Shown: positions 8,503 to 17,138 of the stretch, piece after piece | How positions within the stretch are numbered: the first letter of the stretch is position 1 | How the letters are laid out: each line of letters starts with the position of its first letter | Assembly: GCA_028702535.1 (NCBI GenBank) | Contig: JAQVOR010000003.1 | Coordinates: 1-58,837, forward strand | DNA: 58,837 nucleotides | Reading direction: 5' to 3' | Source of the DNA: Bacteroidales bacterium | GTDB taxonomy: Bacteria; Bacteroidota; Bacteroidia; Bacteroidales; ML635J-15 | The notes under the pieces: model-generated | The model's database searches: none | What the model saw: the letters and a program-made list of their open reading frames with translations, nothing else | What the model was told of the DNA's origin: nothing | Position numbers and translations under genes: made by a program

Positions 8503-9978
8503 TTACTGCAGTTTGAGTTTTGACAATTGCATTTTTTCATAAAGAATTAGCATCATACTAATAATTACAAAATAAACATATACGGAGTTGTAAGTTGCTC
8601 CATCTCCAGAATAAATAATAATGGATGTTGCTGAAAGTGGAAGAGAAACAAGCAAGAGTTTCAGATACGTCCAGTATCGATTCTTAATGAAGAAATAAAT
8701 TACATAAAAGATTAACCACCCAACATAAGGAATAGGTATTGTAACAGTCAATGTTCTTATTACTCTTTTAAAAATTATTGCGATATACCAAAAAGGGTCC
8801 TCTTTAATTTGACTTAGGACTTTTTCTTTTACTATATCTTCGTATTCATTTATTTCATCAAACTTAATATAATACAAACTATCCTTATCGTAGTAATTGT
8901 CTAAATGATACTTATCTGAGTACTTGATGTCCATTCCATATTTCTCTTGTAGAATGGGAGTTGCATATCTGTAAACAACTTTGTCGTTCCACTCATAACC
9001 ATAGTCTTCATCAAAATCCCCAAGCCCACAAAATATTGGGTGCCAGAATATATGTCCTGAAATTCTTTTCCCATTATACACATGCCCCCCAGCTTTTGCA
9101 ACAAGAACTGCCGTTTTTTCGAACTTTTTATTAAAGTGATATCTTATTAGTTGTTTACTTCCAAAAAATGTTGCAAAACAAAGTAATATGATGAATGTTT
9201 TCTTTAAAAGGTTCAAGTATTTTGAAAAAAGATATATTAGGATTAAGCTTAATAGAACTATAGAAATTTCATTTCTAAACTCACTAAAAAACCCAATAAT
9301 TACTCCAGAAATACAGCTTAATAAAAGATAATAGTAGAATTTTTCTTTTTTGAACAACACAAATACGTTTAAACCGATAATCATAAAGAAAACGGAACCC
9401 AATAAAGCAAAAATGTTTTGATTAGAATAAATCTCATATAAATAAAATGGAGTTAGGTTAATTAATACAACCAAAATAAGCCCATACAAAGGTTTTTTCA
9501 CCCTCCAAAAGCCTAAATAAAGAACAATAAGACTGATAACGAATACGATGGAATTAAATAACTTAATACTAGGATTTTGGGGACTTCCCGCAATAATTGA
9601 ATTGGGTAAAAACGCCAAAACTCTTGCACTTTCTCCTAATCGAGACCAATGCTTATACTCCATAATTAGATTATGTCCATTTTCCTGAATTTCACTCTCA
9701 GCATCTTCAATAGAATATTTCAAGTCTTCATTTAATGTAGCTAAGGGAAAGTTTCCTGTATAATAGTGGAAATAAGAGAATTTTTCAGCTAAATGAAAGC
9801 TAAATCCCGATGCGTCTTTTCTTTTTTGTATGGTAGAAAAAGGAGTTTTGTTGGAGATATTATAAAATAAAACATTCGCAAAAACAATACTGATAAGCAC
9901 TATCCAAATGGTATTCTTTTTTTCTAAAAAAGCTTGAAGTTTAATTATTTTGGAATATATGTAATTACGAAATTTCAC
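8503..9978 (-). CDS. Polytopic integral membrane protein, function unknown
   Basis: 491 aa with many hydrophobic helices and one soluble loop (HIFWHPIFCGLGDFDEDYGYEWND). I recognise no family. Confidence 0.55.
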   Translation of the reverse strand: MKFRNYIYSKIIKLQAFLEKKNTIWIVLISIVFANVLFYNISNKTPFSTIQKRKDASGFSFHLAEKFSYFHYYTGNFPLATLNEDLKYSIEDAESEIQENGHNLIMEYKHWSRLGESARVLAFLPNSIIAGSPQNPSIKLFNSIVFVISLIVLYLGFWRVKKPLYGLILVVLINLTPFYLYEIYSNQNIFALLGSVFFMIIGLNVFVLFKKEKFYYYLLLSCISGVIIGFFSEFRNEISIVLLSLILIYLFSKYLNLLKKTFIILLCFATFFGSKQLIRYHFNKKFEKTAVLVAKAGGHVYNGKRISGHIFWHPIFCGLGDFDEDYGYEWNDKVVYRYATPILQEKYGMDIKYSDKYHLDNYYDKDSLYYIKFDEINEYEDIVKEKVLSQIKEDPFWYIAIIFKRVIRTLTVTIPIPYVGWLIFYVIYFFIKNRYWTYLKLLLVSLPLSATSIIIYSGDGATYNSVYVYFVIISMMLILYEKMQLSKLKLQ

Positions 9979-10314
9979 TAGTTTATTTTAATAAGTGTTG
10001 TTAATAATATCAAAGATAAAACTTTATTTCAAAACAGATTAAATTTTCATAAAAATATTCCAAAGCAAAAAGAACGTTGAGGTGATATGAACAAGTCTAA
10101 AAGATCTTTATAGGGGGACTCTTTTTTCAAAATAATTTTCTAAATGGTAATTGTTAGGGACAATTATTTAAATGGAACTGACCTTCTCCTTAATTGCCTC
10201 TATGTTGTTTGTCAGAATATTGTATTGCTTTTCCAATTTCTTTTGATTGAATTTAAACAATCATTACTTTATCTGAAAAAAATCTGTCTCGTATATTTTT
10301 AGCAGTATATTTCA

Positions 10315-12216
10315 TTATTTGATAAAATTTTTGATAATTGCTTTTTCTTTTTCGGTTATTTTAAATATTTCAAATACTATATTGTCAATATTTTCAAACA
10401 TGTGTTCTTCTCCACTAATAGCACTATTAACATATTTAATAATTTCATTTTGCGTTGAATTGGGAATACTTGGAAACGGTAACTCTTGCAAATTCCCTTT
10501 TAATATTTTATGAGTTGAAAACTTAATTTTATGTAAAAACTGAAAAACACTTGAGTTCAAAAAAGCTAAAACCGTTTTAATATTACTATCAGGAATATAT
10601 GGAATTAAAATATTAGCACTGTTTAAAGTTAATGATCTTTGTGAGTCATAAGCAAAGACTAATTTATTACTAATAAATTTATATATTAGCTTTTCATTTG
10701 CTCTATAGAACTCATTTTTAGCTATTTGCTGGAACAATTCACGTTCATATTTTATATAATTTGAAGGATTTTTAAGACAATAATAATTTATATCACTTCC
10801 TTTAAAAATTGGTTCTAAATCAGTATTTATTTGAGATTTTAAATGCTTATTATTATCCCCAGTTACAATTCCTAATGCCCATTTAGAGTTACCCTTTAAC
10901 GTATGATGAGGTAAAGAATATATTTTATTGATTAGTTTTTGGTATGTCTCATCGACTTTAATATCAAAGACATTATCTTTAGTTTTAATAAATCTGTCTT
11001 GATTTATTGAATATAAATTATCTAATGTTTTTATTATAACTTCATTTGGTGTAATTTCTTTTGCGAGTTTAGAATGAATAGAAACTACAGGAGTATATAC
11101 ACCAGTAAAAGCCTTTCCAAATTCTTTTATTGAAACGATTTTAGTTTGCGAACAAAGTATTTTTCTTATTTTTTTATGAGTTTGAATATTTAAGATAGAC
11201 ACAGGTAATAAAAAACTCATTTCACCATTTTCTTTTAATAATTCGATTGATTTTAAAATAAACATCGAGTATATTTCCTTAGATCCAAGTAAGTTTTCAT
11301 ACTTTATAGATGGGGAATTATTTTTACTCGCACCCCATGGCGGATTTGTTGCTATTGCGTCAATAGTGCCAATCAAATAATTTGTTTCACAAAAAATATT
11401 ACCTGTAGCTAATTCGTTAAGTGTGTCGATATGAAATATCTTTGGGACTTCATTAAAATCTTCATATACACTTAAAATATTTATTTTTGCTAAAAAAACT
11501 GCATTTCTATCTAAATCAGCTCCATAAATATTTTTAGGTTTAATGTGTTTTAATTTCATTGCACTTAAAATGAATGCTCCAGTACCACAGCAAGGATCAA
11601 GAAATGATTTTATATTATTGCTAAAATCATTTATTAGTTCATCAATTATTTTAGGAGGAGTATAATAGCTTCCTTTTTGGGATTTATCTCCTTCTGTTAG
11701 TAGAGATTGATATAATAAGCCTAAGACATCTGTGGTATCAGATTTTTTCAAAAACGAGACTTTAGCTGTAATTTTAGTTAAAAAACTAATATTTGGTTTA
11801 TATAAATTATTATTAAAATCATCGAAGACTTGCTTTAACGCATCTCTCTTAAAATAATAATTACCATCTATAATTTCAGACTCATCTATAAATGCTATTG
11901 TAATATTGAAAATTATTTCAGAGATATTATTAAACTGATTTTGAGATAAGTTTACAATTTCACTTACTATATTAAGTATATTTTCGTTGTTAGTGTATTC
12001 GGAAGGGACAAAAGATTTTGATGATTTAGTCTTATTTGCTCGTTTATTAAGACGTTCTATTTCTCCATTTGAAATTGATGATTTGATGAATTTAACGTTT
12101 TCAATTGTCAATTCAGAATTAAGCAAACCTGATTTCATCCAATTCCGCACTGTAGATTCAGAAACGTTTAATATGTCAGCTGCAGTATTAGTATTAATTG
12201 TTTTCACTTTAACCAT
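10315..12216 (-). CDS. N6-adenine DNA methyltransferase (Eco57I/TaqI-like gamma class) with an N-terminal excisionase/MerR-type HTH
   Basis: Motif I DPCCGTGAFI, motif IV ATNPPWG, long C-terminal target-recognition region, N-terminal TAADILNVSESTVRNWMKSG. No nuclease domain or adjacent nuclease gene is visible. Confidence 0.85.
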   Translation of the reverse strand: MVKVKTINTNTAADILNVSESTVRNWMKSGLLNSELTIENVKFIKSSISNGEIERLNKRANKTKSSKSFVPSEYTNNENILNIVSEIVNLSQNQFNNISEIIFNITIAFIDESEIIDGNYYFKRDALKQVFDDFNNNLYKPNISFLTKITAKVSFLKKSDTTDVLGLLYQSLLTEGDKSQKGSYYTPPKIIDELINDFSNNIKSFLDPCCGTGAFILSAMKLKHIKPKNIYGADLDRNAVFLAKINILSVYEDFNEVPKIFHIDTLNELATGNIFCETNYLIGTIDAIATNPPWGASKNNSPSIKYENLLGSKEIYSMFILKSIELLKENGEMSFLLPVSILNIQTHKKIRKILCSQTKIVSIKEFGKAFTGVYTPVVSIHSKLAKEITPNEVIIKTLDNLYSINQDRFIKTKDNVFDIKVDETYQKLINKIYSLPHHTLKGNSKWALGIVTGDNNKHLKSQINTDLEPIFKGSDINYYCLKNPSNYIKYERELFQQIAKNEFYRANEKLIYKFISNKLVFAYDSQRSLTLNSANILIPYIPDSNIKTVLAFLNSSVFQFLHKIKFSTHKILKGNLQELPFPSIPNSTQNEIIKYVNSAISGEEHMFENIDNIVFEIFKITEKEKAIIKNFIK

Positions 12217-12264
12217 CTATAAATATCTTATTAGAACAAATATAAGATTTACAAAACAATTCCC

Positions 12265-12966
12265 CTAATCATAATATCCATAAGTAACTGGAATTCCGAT
12301 TCGTATTCCGAGTCCGAACACAATCGGGCGTTGTTTTAAGATATATATTGAATTAACATTGAGAATATTATTAGTTCCGTGCATATATCTTACATCTGCA
12401 AAAACGATAAAATTTGGTTTAAATCTGTATTCTAAACCTCCTCCGATATAGATTCCAAAATTAAGCTTTTTATAAATTTCAGTATTTTCGCCATTTGTGT
12501 TTATAATATCAGCTCCATCAACAGAAATCGGGAGATTAGGGCAAAATGTAGTTTGTTTCAATAAAATATCGATATCTATCCCTGCCGACAGGTAAACATT
12601 AAACTTTTTTCTACCAAAATTATAATTTAATCCTAATGGTATATTCAAATAATTAAAACTAAAATCGGTATCAATAAAACCAATAGAGCTATTATAACTA
12701 TTGAAATACTCTATTTGTCCAACATACCCTTTTTGAATAAACCCTATTCCTGTATTAAAACTAAATTCACGATTGGGTTGCAGCCAAAATTTTAGTCCAA
12801 AAGCACTTCCCATAAGTGGAGTTGTTCCTACATAGCCCATTATTTTTGCATAACTTGCACCTCCCCAAGCACCTGCATAGATAGTTGAATCAGATTTAAT
12901 TTTCCACGCAAAAGTGTTAAGGACCAAAAGCGACAGTGCTATAAGTATAAGTAGTTTTTTTTTCAT
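12265..12966 (-). CDS. Outer-membrane beta-barrel (porin-family) protein
   Basis: Start set at MKKKLLILIALSLL, abutting the xseA stop. Alternating beta-strand pattern with a C-terminal aromatic residue (YGYYD). Confidence 0.65.
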   Translation of the reverse strand: MKKKLLILIALSLLVLNTFAWKIKSDSTIYAGAWGGASYAKIMGYVGTTPLMGSAFGLKFWLQPNREFSFNTGIGFIQKGYVGQIEYFNSYNSSIGFIDTDFSFNYLNIPLGLNYNFGRKKFNVYLSAGIDIDILLKQTTFCPNLPISVDGADIINTNGENTEIYKKLNFGIYIGGGLEYRFKPNFIVFADVRYMHGTNNILNVNSIYILKQRPIVFGLGIRIGIPVTYGYYD

Positions 12967-12967
12967 T

Positions 12968-14374
12968 TTATTTCTGTTTTTTTGCTCCTTTTGCAATTAC
13001 CTTATCAATTTCTATAATTTTACTTAAAATTCTATCTTTTGATGTTATTGTCTCTATATTATCTCCAAGTTTAGGATTACTATTTACACCTATTATTTTA
13101 CCATTATATTTTGTTATTGAAAAACCTCTACTTAAAACATTTACAGGATCAACCAAACGAATATTTTGCTCGTGCATATCAATAACATGTAAAGCCCTAC
13201 TAATTAAGCTTTTAGAGGCATTAATAAGTTTTGAATTATAATTAAATAAATCGTTATCATCTTGTTTGATTTTTATCTTTGGAGTACTCGTTATCCTATT
13301 GCGATAATTAAGCAATCTAATATTTTCTTCTTTCACTTGAGTTTTCGCAAGATTATTTACACGATAAAATAACTGATTGCAATAATCTAACTTAGTAGAA
13401 ATAATATTTTTCGTTTTATTAATTCCAATACTAAGATTAGTAACATAAGCTTGATTTGTTCTGATAAGATCTTTTGCAAGGACAAAAATATCATCTCCAA
13501 TTTCAGTAATATTTGCTTCAAACATTTGGTTATGGTCAATCAAAAATTCGGCAACTGCTGTTGGTGTTTTTAATTTTATATGAGCAACCATATCACAAAC
13601 AGATTCATCACGTTCGTGTCCTATACCCGTAATTACGGGAATTGGAAATTGCGTTATCAAATATGCAATATTGTAATTATCAAAAACACTAAGGTCGCTT
13701 TTAGCACCTCCACCTCTCAAAATAGCAAGGATGTCGAATTCTGTATCTGATTCAAAAACCTGGTTAATAGCTTTTGTTACAGTTTCTTCGGTTCGATTAC
13801 CCTGCATATCGGCTTCAAAAAGTGTGATTGAGAATTTATATTTGTATTTATTTTTATCCAGTTGATTAATAAAATCTTCGTAGCCTGCTGCTCCTGATGA
13901 CGAGATTACTGCAATATTTTGAACTGCTAATGGCATTTCGAGTTCTTTATTCATATCAAAAACGCCTTCGGCAACCAATCTATTGATAATTTCTTTTTTA
14001 CGTCTTTCGAGATCGCCAAGAGTATAAGCTGGATCAATATCTCTAACATTTAAAGAAAGTCCAAAAAGCTCGTGATAATCAACGCTTACTTTAACAAGAA
14101 CTTTTAATCCCGCTTCGAGACGACTTTTAGTAACAGACAGAAAATAAGATTCAATCATTCTAAATTGAGTTGCCCAAATTGTGGCTCTAGTTTTTGCAAT
14201 AATCTGATCGTTGGTTTGTGCTTTTTGAATAAATTCGAGATAACAATGTCCGCTGCGATGCCTATTAATGCTATTAATTTCTGCTACTACCCAAACGGGC
14301 GCATCAAATTTTTGTTCAATTGCAAATTTGACTTTTTGATTTAATTCTATGAGAGTTAAAGCAGAATTAGGCAT
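12968..14374 (-). CDS. xseA: Exodeoxyribonuclease VII large subunit
   Basis: 468 aa. OB-fold N-terminus (VWVVAEI), catalytic core (AILRGGGAKSDL, PVITGIGHERD), coiled-coil C-terminus. Confidence 0.9.
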   Translation of the reverse strand: MPNSALTLIELNQKVKFAIEQKFDAPVWVVAEINSINRHRSGHCYLEFIQKAQTNDQIIAKTRATIWATQFRMIESYFLSVTKSRLEAGLKVLVKVSVDYHELFGLSLNVRDIDPAYTLGDLERRKKEIINRLVAEGVFDMNKELEMPLAVQNIAVISSSGAAGYEDFINQLDKNKYKYKFSITLFEADMQGNRTEETVTKAINQVFESDTEFDILAILRGGGAKSDLSVFDNYNIAYLITQFPIPVITGIGHERDESVCDMVAHIKLKTPTAVAEFLIDHNQMFEANITEIGDDIFVLAKDLIRTNQAYVTNLSIGINKTKNIISTKLDYCNQLFYRVNNLAKTQVKEENIRLLNYRNRITSTPKIKIKQDDNDLFNYNSKLINASKSLISRALHVIDMHEQNIRLVDPVNVLSRGFSITKYNGKIIGVNSNPKLGDNIETITSKDRILSKIIEIDKVIAKGAKKQK

Positions 14375-14378
14375 TATA

Positions 14379-16043
14379 TTAATATTTAATCAATTTTTCG
14401 GAAAATCTATTATTATTTAAATTAATAGCAATTATATAGATACCCGATTTAAAGTTTTGCAAATCATCAATTTTGAATATAGTATTTTTTTCTTTAGCAA
14501 TATGCTCCATCCACAAGTATGTTTTTCGTCCGTTAATATCTAAAATCGAAACTTCTATAGAATCTCCAGGGTTATTATTAAATTGAATTGAAAAGTCCTT
14601 ACTAAATGGATTTGGAAAGACAGAGCAACTATTATTAGGAGCTTTATACTCACCAACATCAAGAATGGTTGAAGCATGCTCGAAATTAGGGATTCCATAA
14701 CCAAGATAAACGGTTGGCGTATTATACAAATGTCCAGATTGTCTAACAGCTTCAATAATTTGCATATTAGTTTTATTAGGGAATTTTTGCCATAAACAGG
14801 CTATCATTCCAGATAACAAAGGAGTTGCGAAAGAAGTTCCATTTCCATTTCCTATTGAGCCGTCAGTATTTTGGTTATATGTTCCCCCTCCCATTGATAC
14901 CAGATCAGGTTTTACTCTTCCGTCATAACTTGGACCAATTGAACTAAAAGCCGCATAATTTCCGTCAGGCCAAACTGCACCAGCGGTAACAATACTATCG
15001 GCATCTCCTGGTGCTGCAATCCATGGATGTGTTTCATCTTCACCGCTATTTGCAGCGGCAGCAACAACAATCATTCCTTTACGAGCTGCAATAGTTGCTG
15101 CATAACTTATTATAGCATGACGACCATCAAGAGTTTGGTAAGTATGATTAAATTCGGGTGTATCAAAATCTACATATCCCAACGAAACACTAATAATGTC
15201 AGTTCCCAAACTATCGGCATATTCGGCTGCTGCTATCCAATTTAACTCTTCAATAAATGTTTCAGATGCAGGGTCTTCTGACATTAATAATAAATATGTT
15301 GCTTCAGGAGCAGTGCCTACTAAATTACCAGGATAATTTGCCGCCAAAATCGATAATACTCTCATACCATGAGTACTATAACTATATACAGTATCACCTC
15401 CATGTACAAAATTTCTTGTCGCCAATACTCTATCGTCATTATAAAGAGAATCAAAAGACGGAAGATTTGGTAATCCAGTAAAACCAGCATCAGTAACCGC
15501 TATCATCATTCCCTCTCCACGATAGCCTTCGTTATGCAGTTTGTGAGCATTTGTCATTTTAATCTGAACGGCACAATCTCCATAATTATAATAGTCTAGA
15601 CTTTCCTTTCGTAGATTTGTCTCAAGTATTTTTTTATATCGCTGATTAACTTCTCGTGTGTCCCCTTCTGGATAAGGCTTATATTTTAATGAATTACTAA
15701 CAAAACCTAAATATGTTATAGAGTCAATAAGCGTACTATCAAGCGTATAAACAGTGACTGAATTAAACCATTTTGATGTATTAAGTACCTGTAAACCAAG
15801 AGCATCCAAGGAGTCGACATAAGTTTGCGTTACAGGGAGGTCGTTTTCTGACAATAAGATTCCTTGATTTGCTCTACGCTGCAAAGCACGTACACTAAGA
15901 AACTCTTCGGGATTATCTAGACTGTATCCATTGTTGTTTTTGTCAGTAAACTCAATATAATATTTATTAGGTGCAACCTGTGCAAAAAGTACAGTTCCTA
16001 AAAATAACATCACAATTATGAATTGTATTTTCATCGTTTTCAT
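14379..16043 (-). CDS. S8 subtilisin-family serine peptidase with a T9SS type-A C-terminal sorting domain
   Basis: Catalytic triad contexts IAVTDAGF, STHGMRV and GTSFATP. C-terminus VFPNPFSKDFSIQF...GIYIIAI...KLIKY. Confidence 0.85.
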   Translation of the reverse strand: MKTMKIQFIIVMLFLGTVLFAQVAPNKYYIEFTDKNNNGYSLDNPEEFLSVRALQRRANQGILLSENDLPVTQTYVDSLDALGLQVLNTSKWFNSVTVYTLDSTLIDSITYLGFVSNSLKYKPYPEGDTREVNQRYKKILETNLRKESLDYYNYGDCAVQIKMTNAHKLHNEGYRGEGMMIAVTDAGFTGLPNLPSFDSLYNDDRVLATRNFVHGGDTVYSYSTHGMRVLSILAANYPGNLVGTAPEATYLLLMSEDPASETFIEELNWIAAAEYADSLGTDIISVSLGYVDFDTPEFNHTYQTLDGRHAIISYAATIAARKGMIVVAAAANSGEDETHPWIAAPGDADSIVTAGAVWPDGNYAAFSSIGPSYDGRVKPDLVSMGGGTYNQNTDGSIGNGNGTSFATPLLSGMIACLWQKFPNKTNMQIIEAVRQSGHLYNTPTVYLGYGIPNFEHASTILDVGEYKAPNNSCSVFPNPFSKDFSIQFNNNPGDSIEVSILDINGRKTYLWMEHIAKEKNTIFKIDDLQNFKSGIYIIAINLNNNRFSEKLIKY

Positions 16044-16475
16044 TTAATTAACCAAAATTTATTGCAATTATTATATTGCAACTGCGAAGATACTAAGTTT
16101 TTATGAAATTTTAGTTTTGGCTTAAATTATTTGCTTATAATTTTTGAGAATTGTCCCTAAGATTACCAATCCAAGTGAGTGTGGTGAGGAGCAATTGTTC
16201 CAGACTTTATTATTGATTTTTTAGGAATTTAGGAATTTATAAATATAAGAACATCGAAACATAACTCATAAACATGGTTCTTGCTGACTCTAATTATGAA
16301 GATAGACCAACACGTAATACTATTACAAGATCAAATAATCCATATATTTGGAATACTACCCTAGCTTAACTACCTCATATACGGTTACTTCTGTTTTAAG
16401 TATTGATGGTTGTACCAGTTATGCAATGGGTGGTTTTCTATTATTGATAGATAGCATTGATTCCCCAACATGCTT

Positions 16476-16732
16476 AGGGTTTGTCAAATAATAAAGTATG
16501 CAGAATTGACGAAGATCTTTTGTTGTTTTTCGAGACGCAAAATTTAGCTAATAGCTTGCCCACTTCGATAAAAACTCACTTCGACACTTAGGCGTTGCTC
16601 ACTTCGGCAGGCTCAGTGCATCGCAGTGCAGGCAGGCTCAGGGCATCGCAGTGCAGCCTTTGTTAATTTTGCAACAAAGAAAACCGGCAAAAGAGCAAGT
16701 CAAAATGACTAGTTTGTTGTTTGACAATCCCT
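16476..16732. mobile_element. MITE/REP-like element of about 257 bp with 13-bp terminal inverted repeats and a GC-rich repetitive core
   Basis: AGGGTTTGTCAAA (16476-16488) against TTTGACAATCCCT (16720-16732) matches 12/13 as an inverted repeat. Inside are three CACTTCG copies, a 25-bp tandem pair, a 7-bp stem hairpin (16658-16679) and the dispersed 12-mer AATTTTGCGTCT (reverse complement, 16533-16544). Confidence 0.4.
16607..16656. repeat. 25-bp tandem repeat x2 (GCAGGCTCAG[T/G]GCATCGCAGTGCAG), strongly GC-rich relative to its surroundings
   Basis: Direct reading. One mismatch between the copies. Confidence 0.9.
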
Positions 16733-17138
16733 TATTTAATCCTTCAAATACTGGAGTTGGGAAACATATTATTAATTATACAATATCTTCAACTTGTGAT
16801 AATTCCGACCAAATAGCTATTGCAGTAATTGAGAATTTTGATGCTACATATAAGGGTCGCATCGGTTTTATTAGATAATAAACACTAGTTTTATTAACTT
16901 AAATACAACTCTATCGCAGATACACATTTGTTTATTGATTTTACGCTAAACAAAATAAAATCCGACATTTTATATCAACAATCCTCGTTTGACTATAAAA
17001 TTTGTTATAATATATTAGGTATTATGATAATTTTAATAAAACTTTGATTAATTTTACAAATATTATAAGTTTTAGGTAGGAGATTTTTTAATTGTAACTT
17101 TTGTTATAATTATTGTAAGAACAATTGAATATGTTGAT

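Larger units (their letters stand above)
16240..16880 (+). pseudogene. Degenerate fragments of an adhesin-type gene, split by the element at 16476-16732
   Basis: Short open stretches read YTVTSVLSIDGCTSYAMGG and FNPSNTGVGKHIINYTISSTCDNSDQIAIAVI. These resemble Ig/PKD-like modules of Bacteroidota adhesins, but no intact ORF exists. Confidence 0.35.

Noticed and set aside
10170-10260. 30-codon coiled-coil-like open stretch (FKFNQKKLEKQYNILTNNIEAIKEKVSSI) downstream of the methyltransferase. It resembles the tail of an R-M specificity or partner protein.
   Set aside because: It has no start codon and is preceded by stops. It is too short to distinguish from chance, so it is mentioned only as a possible relic.
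16146-16170. Shared 12-mer AATTGTCCCTAA (plus a similar TTACCA tail) at 16146 and, reverse-complemented, at about 10151-10172.
   Set aside because: There are only two copies, in inconsistent orientation relative to neighbouring genes. This may be chance or a minor part of the dispersed repeat family, and is not enough for a regulatory-site claim.
16651-16878. 75-aa ORF from the track, considered as a real gene.
   Set aside because: Its N-terminus is read out of the GC-rich repeat element. Only the C-terminal part resembles an adhesin module, so it is treated as a gene fragment.
17000-17110. Two copies of TTTGTTATAAT about 91 bp apart upstream of the adhesin gene, considered as Bacteroidota promoters.
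   Set aside because: Neither fits the TAnnTTTG spacing exactly. AT-rich intergenic DNA produces such matches easily.
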